The notes: generated from the sequence alone by a model not told the origin. A stretch of 64,000 bases of DNA from Tubiluchus corallicola (GCA_030141605.1 JAQGDQ010000013.1:448447-512446); one strand, 5' to 3'; shown: positions 24,740-39,900, counted from the first letter of the stretch. Program-made: numbers and translations.

Positions 24740-27700
24740 TCAGAATCCACGTTGAGCCCAGGAAATGATTTTTCTTTCTCCAACGAACTCGCCAACAGGT
24801 GACTTTGTGTTCGGAGGCAGCAGTGCAAGGTACAATGGTGTGTCTCCACCTAAACAAATTTTTAATTCAATGCTACATTGTCTGACCTAAAGTAATGCGG
24901 GGACATAATAGTCACATAAATTTCTACAGATAATAGGAACGATATGGATATTATTAGTGTTGTGTTTTGTTTCTCTTGGAAGGCTCGTAGAGAAAACCAG
25001 AAAACACGTCGTCAAATTAAACTAGTTTATTATGTGAGAATTCTACAACACAAAAGTATGAAGGAACGCGAAATGTATACAGTAAATGTGATAATCTGGA
25101 AACATAAAAGCGTATCTGAGAATATGAGAATACGAGGATACAAGAGAATGTGAGAGAAAATCAGAGAGTGTACTTCAGCGGCCAGCTCCGTCTTATATAT
25201 CAGTGCCAGGGAATTAACTGGAAAGTTCTAGAATCTTTTACAAGAAACTTCGTCAAGGTAAGAAGATTGTTCTACTATACAATGGAATATTCCAGAATAA
25301 ACTCCACAACAATTAGCGGAGTATTTTCTATGCTAGACCGAACAGCATCTTGAGAAAGAAATTTTGTCATTGTTCGAGTAGCGTTAAAACTCATTTGTTC
25401 AGTTTGTATTATAATTCATTCTATGGTACAGCAACATGGCAGCATTTTCACAATTATAGCTTAACTAAACTTAAAGCAAAACCAGAAAAGTCATGGAAAT
25501 TTATTTAAAAAATCTGTGGGAACCCTGAAGTAAATGGGTCTCTACTGGTAAATGTCGCCTCCATTGAATTATTTAGACAACGATTAATGAAAATTAACTT
25601 TTCAACACATTCGTAGTCTTGCAGACTTATGTAATTAGTAATTTAACTCTTTGTGGTTTTTTTAAATCAGTTACCGACAAGCATATTATTTTAAACCGTT
25701 CCAATCATTCTGTTGTTCATTTCATGGTTGCTCAATTTTTATTTTTTCTTATAAATGTATAAATATTGTAGACAGTTGAATTTAGAGAAGTTTTCTCTGA
25801 GTATTGTCGCTACTGAATAATAATCATGTTAGTATGACCCACTGTATTGCTGAAATTACACCTTTTATAAACCTAGCAGCTAAACAACCCCAAACATTGC
25901 ATAGAAAGATTAGCAGCTTGTCAATCAATCTGTTTCATACAATGTGTATTTTAAATCAGTATTCAAGTTTAAGAACACTTGTTTATCGTATCCTGTATAA
26001 TGCATTAGATTTTACGAATGATCATTATAGTGATTGTGATATTGTCTCCTATGTTTTAAATTAGACTGCTCGCAATGAAATTCACATATCCAGCTTTATT
26101 AATGAAGAAGTAATATCTACATTACTAACCGTTTTAACTAATTGAATGTATAAATTACTTACGTTTTGTTACTGTTACATATCATATTCTTATTATTGTA
26201 ATATGCATGTAAACTGATATTTATATGCGAATAAACATAGCAAATATATTCAATCGTTTAGTCAAAAATGGGCACTATTACGTTTTTACGTTACTCATCG
26301 GTTTAATTACCTTCGTCGATTGTTTTGTGCCCTTTACCACTTGTCATATCTGTGTTGACGTATCCAGGACAGCACTGGAAAAAATAGTACAAAGGCTTGT
26401 TTAATAAATATTCATTACTTTCATTCATCTTGTACAGCAATAGGGGAGATCAGTGGTGTGATGTCAGCTACCAAGTGCAGATACAACATCCATGAAAGGA
26501 CAAATCTGGGACAACTGCTCATTCAATATTTGGAAGGAGTTTACAATAGTCACACAACTTAAATACCGTAATCCATATTCTAACTCTAACCTTAATCCGC
26601 TTCACGAACTAAGTTCTTGTCCCACACACAAGAAATTAGTTTGTGAAGCAGATTAGAGTTAGGGCTAGGGTCAGCGTAAACTTAGAGTCAAATTGTAAAC
26701 TTAAGCAGAATATTTTAGCGAATTTTTGTATTTTCGTCCGCGCATCAGTACTAAGTAAAGCTAATATATATAATAAAGCAAAAGAATTTAATCATAATAT
26801 TGTATCTCTGCTTTTAACATTGATTCAGCTTTGTATTGTAATGACATCAGAATATTTATCTACTCCGAGCTTTAAAGTTAAAATAATGTCACTTAATTCA
26901 GTCATAACATTAAAAATAGCACCAAGAAATTAGATCAACTTTGCTAATTTGTTCATAATGTCTGATTAATTTCAATGTTTTGCACAAAAGTTCCCTTATT
27001 CTTACTAAGTAACAATCACTTTCAATGTATTTTTACCCAATACAGTCAGGTGTTTACATTTTTAAAGCACTTTTATTCACAATACTCGCAAAAATATTAA
27101 GTATTCACAACCAGTTTAGTTATCATAATACTCTAGGGTCCAATTAAGAAGTAAAAAGTGACATAATAAAAGCTACTTACAGCATTCAGGACGATGTCTT
27201 CACGTGAATCTTTCTTCAACTCACGTGCATGCACCAAACTCAATGCCGTCATAAACACTTTTGACATTCCGTAACAGGTCATCTTCCATCCATTTTCTTT
27301 CTGCTTTCCATTTTTCACATCTCTGTGAGGATTAAGAAAAAAGTAAACATTGTCAAAATGAAGAAAAGATCTGATGCTGTTTTATAGCAATTCAGTACCT
27401 AAACCGATTGAATACACTACTTGTGTGAGATTTTGTGGCGATTCTGTTACAGAAAGAAGTAACATAGTCTATAGTAACATAGTTATAAAGTCTTTTTACT
27501 GTTCTTTACACTTTAGAGTTAAGAAACTTATTTTCATAGTACACTTAGCTTGAATTATTCAGATCCGTGCACTGGTTGCTGAAACTTCAACTTCTAGGTA
27601 ACCAGTGAGTCTATAAGTTAGTCACCCAATCAGTCAGTTACTCGTAAACCAAAATAAGCGAGAAATAAACACATAAGACAATAAAATACTTTCACTTAGT

Positions 27701-30299
27701 GCACTGTTGTTAAACAACTTGTTTAAATTAGCCAAACATTCAACAAATGAACGAACTCCTAATACGACACATCAACTGTTAAAACATTAACAATTATAAA
27801 TAACAGAGCTTACTGTACAAATTGATTTGCGAGGTTTATAACGGTCTCCTCTGTAAGATCAGGCGAAAGAAGCTGCTTTCTAACTTTCTCATTTGTGAGA
27901 CCATCAAGAGTTCCAGCTCTGCTCGACACATTCACTACTCTGAGAAACAAAATTTTCCAATCACAAAACAAACAATGAATCTTCTACTATTCACAAACTA
28001 TAGGTGTGTCATATTAAACTATTTTCACATTAAATTTGCTTCATACAAATGGGCGAGGAGCTAAAGTCCTATACAATGTCCAGGGGTGCATCAAGACTTT
28101 ACGACGCCCTAGCTGCTAGTTCTGTCCCAACCATCTCTATTCTGAATTTATGGTTATTTATATAACAAGCGGATTGAACAATTACTTGTGGTGTATTAAA
28201 TACACTTGACCTAGTTTCTACGTGATCATTATTAATTACATATATTTGCATAGCACTTATATTCAAGCAGGCTGTGCAAATGCTTGTTATGTAATACTTT
28301 GCACCTGTTTGTTACGTGGTAATTATATAAAACCAGCAATCAGTAACTGTTTTTAAGCACTAAATGTTTTTTATCATACGATTCACTTTAAATTTTCAGA
28401 ATATTTCTATTACTTTTTTTCTTTCACTGTGTGGGACAATCTAACAAGCCCTGCTTTTTAATTGCCCGCAACACATTTACATTTGTATATAGGTGAACAG
28501 TGTGTGAGGTTTTTCTTGTGCAGAAACAATAAAAGCTTATTTGTATTATGTTCATTGTAGGCCCTTTCACTATATATTGTACGTGAAACTATTGTAAATG
28601 TGTAATTGTGAAATAAATGACTTATGACTTAGTCAATGCACTTATGACTTAGTGAATGCACTGCCTGTGGTATGTTATAAAATGCGTCCTTTACATGAAT
28701 ATGAAAGTACACACATTTTCAGAGGAGAATAAGAGTTTTTTCCAAAATGTGACACCCTCAAACTCTGGCCCCTAGACTATAGCCTAGTTAGCCTATTGGT
28801 TTATACGTCTCTGACAATGTCTTGTACTATAACTGAAAACAATTATAAAAAATATGTACTAATGCAAAATATTTGCAGGGGTATCTAAATGCACGATTTT
28901 CAAACAGTTAGTCAATGCCAAGAATTTATGATGATGCTTCTAGTCTTGGAAATTTGTACCTTGCATGGGGACGAAGTAGAGGAAAGATCGCTTTGCACAC
29001 ATTTAAAGTACCAAACGTATTGATTCTTATAGTAACTTCCGCTTGTTCAGACATGGGCTCAGTCGCAGCCATCTGAAATAATCAAAGTGGCTTGATAAAA
29101 AAGTCTCTAGCTATTTAACCGTTCTTTCCTCCACTACAATGTTGACTTCAGTTCATCCAGGTTCATACTGGACAAAGCTTGAAAAGCTTATACACACAAT
29201 TCAACAGAAGAGTCAGCCAGAAACAAACTTCAGTTCAATTCAAGTCCACGTGTTTGGCCACTGGACAGGTCTGGGCAATGTTTTTACAGCTAAATATTTT
29301 TACAAAATAATGAAACTAAATGGTTTTCATAAAAACTAACTTCAGTATTAAACATTAATACTCCGAAGAACAATAATTAGTGATGCAGCAAAAAATTGTG
29401 GTTTATTTAAAATATTTATTTAATACTTAAAATAGTTAAAAAACACAACTTCATTAAAACTTTTATGTACTTTAAAAAATTGCAATCATGCCAAACATTT
29501 GGCATTTTAAAATAAAAGTTTTAATAAAGTTGCGATGTTTTTAATTATAGTTGTTTTTGATTGCCTATAATAAAAATTGAGTTGGATTATTTAAAATGCA
29601 ATTTATCTACATATCTATCAGTGAGTTATTAATTATATTTCAAAAAATTTGATGAAAAAAGGGTTTGCAGTTTGTGAAGATGTAAGTTAAATTTCTAAAT
29701 TAATGTGTATAGTGATGAAATAGTTTACCTTATATGCAAACCCGGCATTGTTTACTAAAACATCTATGCCACCATATTTCTCTAATAAGAACTTCTTCAG
29801 TCGTTCAATGCTTTCTTTGTCCTCGATGTCAAGTTGATGAAATTTTGGTTTCAATCCTTCCTTATTTAGATCTTCTACTGCGGTTTTGCCACGTGACTCA
29901 TCTCTTGCTGTAAGAGAAAGAAGAATATTTAATATTGGTATGCTCTTTTAACTATTCAATTCAACTAACTACTAAATAAATTGATTTAGCAATAAACAAG
30001 TACATATGCATTACGGGTAACAATTTTTTGTTAATACAACAAAATTAGGATTTAATTCATGAATTCTGCGCTAGAGACCTAAGAAACTAGGTTATGTTAG
30101 ACCACTAGGATTAGCAGTGAGAAAAATAAGAACATATTACTAATAATTAGTGTGAGTTACAGTGGGCATTACTAGTATTTCATAATTACGATATAAACTG
30201 ATGGTAGGTACAGAGAAATGATAAATGTTTTAACACATTCACTAAGCATTTGGGGAAGAGACAGCACTTGATTGGACTAGATATGGAGGTGTGCACTGC

Positions 30300-30335
<36 letters not shown>

Positions 30336-31923
30336 GTGGAAACTAATATCTATATTATTATCCTAAAGGGAAAGTTTTTGAAAATGAAAGCCAACAAGCC
30401 ATGATTGAGTGATCAGTGATTATGTTTCAAGTAAGTGTAATTTATGTACTTTTTTGAATGTGTTCTTACACATTGTGTCTTTTCATCTATCGATACGGAA
30501 ACACTTTTCAAACATATTCAAAGGAGGAGCAGCGAATTTGCAATTATGTGGGTCGTATGCTGCACAACATTTGATGTTTCACAACAGAACTGAACAGATT
30601 TAACTGACGCTTGTGGTTGCAAAGCTTGTATAATATTGTAATTTACTTTCGGTATGTAGCGTGAATTTGATTTCAATGTAATTTTATTGTATTTTATGAT
30701 GTACTGCACCTTTGATACGAAATAAAGAGAAATAAATAATATAAACTTTGTCCCCTGATGCAGTTCCATGCATGTTACTCGGACATGTTTGTGTAGGAGT
30801 CTCACACTTTTGGAGTGGCACACCAAATAGGTATTCCATTTTATTTTCCTCTGATGGTTACATGAAGCCAAAGAAGCCAATTTTAACAAATAAAATTGTA
30901 ATTTCCTCTTAGTTGATCAAAAACTCTTTGTTCCCCGTAAATTAAATGAAATTGATTTTAGATGCTCTTATGGCTATTTTTTACAATAAAATATATTTCA
31001 TATGTGTACAGTAGTTGTAGCCACGAAGAAACCTGAAAACCTCAAAAGCTCAGTGGTGTTACAGATCTATGTTTATAATGCTTTTAAGCGCTTAAAGACA
31101 ATCGTTGTTTATTGTAAAAGAGATTTATTTTGTAATACTAACATTTTAAAAGCTGCCTGTTTTCAATGAACGAACTGAATGAGGAATTTGAATTTAATCG
31201 CGCACCATCCTAGTAGGCTTCCTAAAAATCTCTTGACAACTGATGTCACCTACATCATTTATAATATCCAATTACTAATAAAGTAATACTGTTTATAGCA
31301 TTGGTGTCACCATTTCTTAAATTAATATTGAACTAACAGCAGCCAGTGTTCCTCTAATTTACATTTAAAACTTTTACAGAAATTATTATACATTAATGAA
31401 TGGAAAATTTTTTATCTAAAGCCAATTCAATACCAAAAACTGTAAAAAAAAATCACCTGTTAAGAACACATCACCATCAAACTGTTTGCACAGGCCTCGG
31501 ACAATCGCATATCCTATTCCTTTGTTTGAACCTGTAACCTGTTGATAATGAACTGTGTAAGCAATTATTAATGCACGAAAACAATTTTGTATGTACAGCA
31601 ATACAACGTAATCCAAGAAATGAACTAGTAACAAGACGGTGCAAGTTCAGGGAGAAATTTCTTAATAAAACAATATAAGACCACGCGGCAAAATGCCAAT
31701 GATATGATATTAAGTAAAAAAGTTTGTTTTCTGTCTGCTAAAGCTTAAGATCATGCCACGGTCAAGTTTTCAAAAACCTATGGCTATGCGCATGTGGAAG
31801 ATTTTTTTAGATTAATAAAGTTTCAGAATACAGAGTTACAACAGTATGAAAGGCGAAAACAATAACAATTCTCTCTTTTCGTCAAACTAATTTTTAATAT
31901 ATACTAACCACTGCCACTTTCAT
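24740..31923 (-). CDS. CBR1: Carbonyl reductase [NADPH] 1-like SDR, paralog B (276 aa)
   Basis: Eight exons on minus: 31923-31909, 31538-31457, 29907-29729, 29072-28960, 27939-27814, 27322-27181, 26374-26311, 24849-24740 (831 nt including TGA). Exon sizes 1-7 are identical to paralog A and the SDR motifs are the same. Ends ...GEFVGERKIISWAQRGF*. Confidence 0.95.
26540..26700. repeat. Palindromic (fold-back) element
   Basis: A near-perfect stem of about 35 bp (26586-26620 / 26628-26662) with a 7-nt loop, plus an outer pair gtttacaat / attgtaaac. Confidence 0.8.
28081..28813. mobile_element. hAT-like non-autonomous DNA transposon in intron 4 of CBR paralog B
   Basis: Perfect 8-bp TSD ACAATGTC (28073-28080, 28814-28821) and imperfect TIR caggggtgcat / atacgtctctg. 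A related terminus lies at about 21006-21052. Confidence 0.8.
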
Positions 31924-34098
31924 TTTATAGCGTGAAACGGAAAAAATTGATAATCGCAGCCCACTAAATTATTTAACAGAAATTTAACAGCACGTGCAGC
32001 AACAATAGCGGACACCTTTTCAGTAAAGTTTCAAGAAGAGCCGGGGCCGGTTCGCAAAGTCGTTGCATTCATGTACATCCCGAGAAGTCTATGACACCTG
32101 TCGTGTGTGGTGTTAATGCGCGTCCGGTCTAATGCGCGGCTTTTGCATACCCAACACCCATACATCATTGCATTATTATCAGTGTAATACTGTAATCGTA
32201 AAAATACGCTGATGAGCTTCTATCGGGTTGCCTAGTTTTTGATCTTTGATGACCAACATGAAAACTTTTCCGTTTTGTAATGGATAAAAGTCTGAATAAC
32301 AAGCATTAATTTTGAATTTTCGCAACAGCATCACAATGAAAAACTACCAGACGGAATTGTTGAGTCTATTTCTTTTTTGGTGGAAACACCTGATAAAAAT
32401 TATATCGGTAGGTAAAGAATTTCGTAAGCTTTGCAACCCAATCACATATAAAATGATAAATTTTGGCTCTACAGTTTCTTGCAATAATTGCTAAAACTAG
32501 AGATCTGTGTGCATTAAGACGAACACTGTAGCTGGTAGATAATAGATGAATTTTGTTTATTATTTTAACTACACTGATGTTTATTTTTATATTCAGTGTA
32601 GACAAGAATGCTTCTACCTTCAAAAGTAAAACCACAGTAGGATCTAAAAGATACATATGCGGATAGCACATATTAAAGAAGTTACTATGAACAAAAATTA
32701 CAATAGATAGTGGGACAGTAATTTAATTATCAAGTTTTGCTGGGCTAATCACTGATGAAAAATAATCATTGCTATAATTATTTCAGTTCAATTTAGCTTC
32801 AGCCTAAGATAAGACAAGATTGCACAGACATATATATATATATAGAGAGAGAGAGCAACCATTTGCGTACATTGATAACGTTATTCCACTCAGAGTTCTT
32901 ATATCCTACTATTAATTACACATTGTACTTAGTGAAAGAGTTAACTAATGGTTTCTCATTCATCTAACAAAATTACTGATAACAATGAGTATACACTTTG
33001 TCCGAACGAGAACTTTTTTGCTACCATTTTGCTTTGATTGGTATCAAAAACCCAAGGTACAGTTTTCTGCAAATGAATGTTGTCTTCATTCCTATCATTG
33101 TTGTAACTTCAGTCAAAGTTTAATTGGGACCACAGTCTAACAGAAGAAAAAAAGCACCAGCAGTTTCATTGCTTGGGCAATGAAAATGGCAAAATAGTCC
33201 AACAACCTAACTGTAGCTACAGATTTTCATACTACTAGATCAAGCGTGCATGTATCTGTATTTGTGCAGAAAAATGCAAATGAACATACTTGTCTTTCTA
33301 ATGCCACCGCAGTTCGATTTAATCTGGACTTACTTCTTTTTGTTTCTCCACTAACTGCAAGGCTAATTTTCTCAGGCCCTTACTCAATAACTTATTGAAT
33401 TGTATGTGCTGCACCTACCTTTATCACCATCTCCAGATCCCCTGCCAACATTTTTATCACTGGCTTCTTCTTTGTCATCTTATTTTACAATTTTTATAGT
33501 TATGTTGCTTATGCTATAGTTTAACTTCTAGGCAGCTAGCGACAACAAGCTTAGCAAAAGAATGCATAAGTTATATAGAAAATAGGAATTTTGTTTTCTA
33601 TCAAAGTATCGATTGAGAGAAATGTGAGAGTATGTGCATGATGTCTTTTTATTTATTGTTATTGTCAGCGTTTAATATTTATTTTACTTTTACTACTAGG
33701 CTACTAATTTTTTTTAACTGAACCACACATGTAACTTGAGTGTATATGTGTGTTCGAAAACAAATTATGTTAATAATACATAGCTTCTTCAAAGAATATG
33801 GACCAAAGACTATGGACCACAGAATATGGACCAGGGTTCACCTTTTCCTATACTTTGGCTTGTTCCTCATATTTTATTTTGAACTGAATTAAAAACTACT
33901 TTAGTAAACATGTTAAATTGAAAGATTTATGTTTTTACTCGTCGCTGCTGTCTGCAACCTGCGGTCTTCAAAGTGGAAAGTAGGAGTGTCTAGTTTTTTG
34001 CTGGATCAGTGTTATGTTTACTTGTCTTGAGGACGAAATTCGTTTATTCTAGAATACTGTCTACCCAATGTTTACAATAGAGAAAGGATCTTTTCTCA

Positions 34099-34741
34099 AG
34101 GTACGTTTGTGAGTCTCGATAGACGTTGTATTGGACGTGATGGACGTAATTTTGAGCGTCCATTCACTAAACTGATGGACATTATTCCGATGGATGTAAT
34201 GGTCGTCCGTTTAGTATTTCGATCAATTCGATGGACTTGTTGGACTTAATTTTGGACGCAATGGACGTAAGTAGAGAGCGCGTTTACTAAGCTGATGGAC
34301 CTACGTAATCTTCGACGCAATGAACGTAACTTCGAACATTTATTCGCTAAATCCAAGACCAGTTTTGATGGACCTGATTTAAGTCAATTTGTTATGTATT
34401 TGAACGCAGCGGACGTCAATTTGTATGTGTATTTCAACGTGATGGATGTAAATTTCGAGATTCTGTTCACTAAATAATACAAAGTAAATTGGTAACGAAA
34501 TTCTCGACGTGCATGTATAATGTTGAGCACCACTGGACATTAATTTAAATATGACGGACTCTGGTCTACATTACGTTCATACTCCATGTTAAGTTCACCT
34601 AGTCTGTAGACTGTATCACATACACAAATTTCATTAGTGTTTGCCATGGGGTTTATGTTTTAACTCCATCAAATTCACTAAATTAGTGACTGGACGTCCA
34701 ATTTATGTCCATCGCGTCCATTCATTTAGAATTTGCCTACC
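34099..34741. mobile_element. Fold-back-like DNA element with many TGGACGT subrepeats
   Basis: Repeated (ga)tggacgt motifs. The left block tggacgtgatggacgtaattttgagcgtccattcactaa is the inverted counterpart of the right block ttagtgactggacgtccaatttatgtccatcgcgtcca. Confidence 0.65.
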
Positions 34742-35967
34742 TTTAGTCTACAAATGTGTAAAAGTGCCCAGAAATATTAAATATTTATAGTTAAAAAAAG
34801 CCTGTGTGTCTTGACATTTATTCAGAGATTGGATTTCAGTGTAATTTGTGCGGAGGCTTGATGATTGAATCACTAAAGAAATGTTCAGACGGAATCATCT
34901 TAAATTAGTAGATGGATTCATTGATTTCACTCTTTATAAACATGCTTGGTGGATGAGCATTTCTGTGAGATCTGTTTTAATGTTTAGTAGTAATACTAGT
35001 AATCCCAAATTAATTTGATAAACATGTTCATGGTTTACATGAAAACTCGACAGCCTAATTTTAATATTCTTTTTTTATTGTTCTTAATTAGCGAAATGCT
35101 AATTAAGCTAGATCATAAACTCATGCTAGCTTGTTTCCCTTAATATGAATTATGTATCCCTTATGTATGAATTATACAGTATAAATGAGACCATTAATAC
35201 GACTATTGTTATTTTTGAATTATTGTTGTAAACGGAACAGTAGTTTACATGTAGAGGTTTTTTATATCACACACCAGCACAGAGACTCATATTAACTAAT
35301 GATCTTACTACCTTTCATTCTCCATCATTTTACCATCTTTGTAACCACATCTTCACATTCAAACCTTTCATGAGTTTCTTCTTTTATTTGGCACTTCCTG
35401 TACCTCGTTATTCCATATCGCCTATTTGGCTCAGATCTTACAAGTTTTAAATTTGTCTTGCTCATTGTAAATTGTAAAGCTATATCTAATTTAAGATCAT
35501 TTCTCATATCTTTGTATTTTACGATTTGTATAACTTATTCTCGTGTTTGTCAACTGGCTTTGGAATAAATAAACTAAACTGAACTATCTTTAATTTTTTT
35601 GTTTTAAATGCACTTATCTTGATATTCTAAAAACAAGTTATAAATTGCCCGAAAAACAACTCACCTGCAGACATGAGCTTTTATACCATGCTAACTAATT
35701 TTTAATAACTGTTCGATATTATGTGATTGTTTTGATATCTTCGTGTTTTCGAAGACTCGTGGATTCGAATAATTCACTTCTACAACTACATAGGTTCTTT
35801 ATCATTAAACAATTTGAAACAGCATGCAATCAGGATAATTTAGGGCGATTTCTGCACACAGTTATTAAACAAGCTATTATTTTGTTTTTACTGCCGAACA
35901 AAATCAAGGAGAACCATTGATTTTTGCGAGAATGCTTTTTATTTATGATTCGAAAATTTTCAAAACT

Positions 35968-36027
35968 GTAGTAGCTGTACTAGTAGTAGAGGTGGTGGTG
36001 GTGGTGGTGGTGGTGGTGGTGGTAGTG

Positions 36028-36082
<55 letters not shown>

Positions 36083-36121
36083 AAGTAGTAGTACTAGTAG
36101 AAGTAGTAGTAATTAGTAGTA

Positions 36122-36185
<64 letters not shown>
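35968..36185. repeat. Compound (GTG)n/(GTA)n microsatellite
   Basis: Seen directly; it produces the spurious poly-V/S and poly-L/T ORFs. Confidence 0.98.
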
Positions 36186-36689
36186 CATGATCTTTTTTTG
36201 ATTCGATTCAAAATTCGGCTGATTTGAGTTCGAAAGTCAAAAATATGAACCGAATTCATTTTCTGACAGAGAATGCTTCCTCACCCCTAATTATAATGAT
36301 GCATGTTTTGACAATGTTTTAGTTTGAGTTGCATTAACACTGGTGAAATAGACAAGATCAACAACAAGACAAAAAAGAACAACAATACTAACAATAACAA
36401 CAACTAGAAGTGAGTAATTTTGAATTTATAACAGATCACTGAAAGGGGCGATTAAAAGCTTTAACATACTCGCATAAAGTACTTTCACATATACTGCATA
36501 AAATAGTAAGCACATGGGCCTTGAGCACTTTAGACTAAGTTATAGTACGCTAGAGCATTCCACTAAAGCTCTGGAGGCTGCTTTAGACTGCCATCTGGTT
36601 TTAAACTCAGACACTACCTGAAATCTAAGCGTCAGCTGCAACTGCCTTACAGCCTTTGGGTTGACACTAGATGCAGGAGCAGTAGGACC

Positions 36690-36934
36690 ACTCCTTCGTA
36701 GTAGTGATACGGTAGTTGATTCGGTTGATCGCTCAGCGCGGAGTGATACAACGCTAGCTGAATTCAACTTGGCCCTGGTTGTGAGACCAACGAGTCCCTG
36801 TTGATAATGTGATGGTTCTGTCGTACGTTAGGTTTTGGTGAAGTTTATCATATTTTTTTGAATACAAGTGAAGTGTATTACAGCGGAGAAGTATTTATGA
36901 ACTGAAAAGCTTAAGTGAAATCAAAATCGGCACG
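36690..36934 (+). promoter_or_regulatory. Probable promoter/5' UTR region of the Notch-like gene
   Basis: Locally CpG-richer stretch immediately upstream of the signal-peptide ATG. The TSS cannot be determined from sequence. Confidence 0.35.
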
Positions 36935-39900
36935 ATGTGTCGTCGGACGGTGACTTTGTGGATATTTTTTGGATTAATATTTTGTACATTTCCGAGCGTC
37001 CAAGGTATGTTGTCCTTTTTGAAATTAAAATTTCGTTTGTTATTTAAAATTAATCGGTGTAGTTTTACTAAATCAAATACTTATGTAAACTTAGCAAGTT
37101 GTTAAGTTAATATTAGTTGTTGCAGCGAAAAAATTTATATTGGAACGTGTAATGTTAGCGTTTTTTGGATACGTGTGGCATTTTTATCTTAAAAGTCACA
37201 AATTAAATTCGTCAGGTAATTTATTTCTGAATTAGCCATACCTGTAATATGATTTTAATGTATATTTTGCAGTTTCTTTGTATTTTTGGCGTAGGCCAGT
37301 AAGAAAGGTTGAACTGTGATAACGGCTGCCATTCATGCTGTACTTGGGCCGTTTAAACAAGGGCAGGTGTTTCATCGCACCTGGCTCTTCTCTGCCTATC
37401 ATTAGCGCACGTTTAAACTACAGTTGGTATTTTAAATGGCATATCGCCTATGCAAGAACTCTTTCGAACTTTGGTTAGGAAACGTTTAGCTGGATATAAG
37501 TAGTGGCTGAGCAAGTTCGGTACATTTTTTCAGTATAATCTAGACCTGGTTGTTGAACATTTCATTGAGAATTTCGAGGAATCGGACTCTGTCGTTGTCA
37601 TGCTTTTTATTTGTCAATTTGCAAACGCCAGTTAATTTAAAAATTTAACATGCATGCATTGAACTCCACTGCAGTTGAAATTACTGCACGTGATGTATTA
37701 ATAGCTTTTGAGTTAGTCCAGGTTTTTTAAGCAGCTAAGTGGTGATCATACGGCAGTTCGTTTCAAGGCAAAATTTAACTGGGTAGCGCTAAAATAAACC
37801 ATGCTGATTGAAGCAGTGGGCTGGTATGTGAAATAGTAGTAAAGCGAAACTTTACGACATTCTTATTTGCGTTGATACGGCAGGCGCTATTTTTGCACGC
37901 ATTCCATAATCTTCCGCTTCGCCGCATGAGGCTGTTCAAAAAATTAATATGCGTTTGCCAGGTGCTTCAGCGAGCAAACGCGTTAAATTTTCTGCTAATA
38001 AAATTAAAATAAACACAAACTTTTGCAGTAACTTGCTCATTACTGCATCTGTGCTTCAAATTATTCAAATTGAATTGTCATATGGCTAATATTCCAATTC
38101 CTTTTGTTATGAGCTTTAAACAAGTTAACGGGCATGACCTTCTGTAGGTCAAAACAATCTACTCTAAAATATTAAAAAGAAACAGCACAAAAATAGGTGC
38201 TGTACCTCGCAGTTCAGATGTGTTAGTTTCTGACTGCGTGAGCACAGTGGTAAATTTGAAATTTGAATTTTTATCTTAAAACTTGCCTAGTTTTAGTACA
38301 ACACACTGAATATCTTACAGTAGCACTTTTCGCTTTCGCAAACACGCTCGTGGGATATTTTTGCTGTTGAAAATTATGTTAGTTTGTGATGTCATCAATA
38401 GTTGGGTTCGCCCGTTGTTAATTAAGTTTTTAATCTATTATTTAATTATCAGAAACACTTTGCAGTATTAATTGTGTTAAAATGTATACTTTTTATCGGA
38501 CTTGAAAATGGGATAGTATATGAAAAATCATCCTGTTTTGCTTTAAGTTTAATGGGATTAGTTTTTAAACATCAGAGTTGCACAATAGCCCCCGGAGAAC
38601 TATGCTGAATTACGTTTCGGATGAGCTAATGACAATCCTTCTGTTTTTGGCAGTTTCTTTAATCTAAAGTCGAAAACTCGTGTTAGACAAGCTGTGAACG
38701 TCTCGTTACAGTTTACTAAACTGTCAGTTGGATACAGTTAACCCAGCATCACTACACAGTTTTTACTTTAACATTAGTAAAATATGAATAATGCAACTTT
38801 TAGCTGTAATGCAGTGATGACCGAAGCTGGAACAGTTGCCACATTCATTGAGTGGTCTGCGTGGTAAACATAACCAGATGTTGTAAACTTATCAGCTAGT
38901 TCCCACGCCGCCGTGTACCGCAATCATTCTGTAATGGAAGTTCTTTAACTGCCAATTTATCTTCTTACCAGCCCTCTTTACCATTTTACACGTCTTAACA
39001 TTTTTACGAACATCATTTGAAATGCCTGATACCGGTGTATCTTATTTTCAGGTTTGCGTTATTTAGTATGATTAGTGAACAAGTCATTATAGTTGCAAGT
39101 TGTTTTGCTTAGAGTAACTTATAAAAGCGCATCGAGGACCTCGCGCAGAGTACAATTTAAAACGGCTGCAGACTGCAGTGTCGCAAAATCGAGCTGTTGG
39201 TAATGTTTGTAAAATACCCGTGAGTTAATCCCATAATAGTGGTTCACGGATGCTAGATGCAGTTTAGCTGATATATTTTGTTGTAGTTCTTGTCCCATGG
39301 AAATCTTCTCTTACCACTTTGATACTGTAGTTTAAAAGCGGGTTACCCTAAGGCGAAATTTAAGACGCAAGGACTTTCTGAGTGGAGCCGGTATCCTCTT
39401 GTTGACTAGAGACCATAGGAGAGACAGTGAGTGCCTCGGGGTTTGCGCTATCATATTCATTATTCACAAATAATGCTAGTTGGTGGCATAATTTTACAAT
39501 AAAAGGAATTGCCAGAGATCATGATTCATTGCAAGTTTTCCTTGTGGTACAAATATGGATACCAGCACTTCTTTTTGTTCTGCTAAAGTGATTTTCTGTG
39601 AAATTGCAATTTAGGGTGATTGAGCATTCATAAGTTTGATTGTTAAAATAGTAGCCTTAGAATAGATTCTAGGAGGAGTACTGGCTCCCAGCTGTGTGGA
39701 GCATTTCATGTCGGATGTTATATCTCATTAAGCTACAACCATTTAAGCGTTCCCTATGACTGACGCCCTGGACCACTCCGTCGCGTTTGCACCACTCATG
39801 TATCACTGTTGTAACTAGGAGAATTACTTGCAAGTTCCATCAGTAATTATACAGTTATACCCATTAGCTTAGTAGTGTAAAAATGCTTAATGTTATGTGT

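Noticed and set aside
35917-36201. Poly-Val/Ser and poly-Leu/Thr ORFs
   Set aside because: Translations of a (GTG)n/(GTA)n microsatellite.
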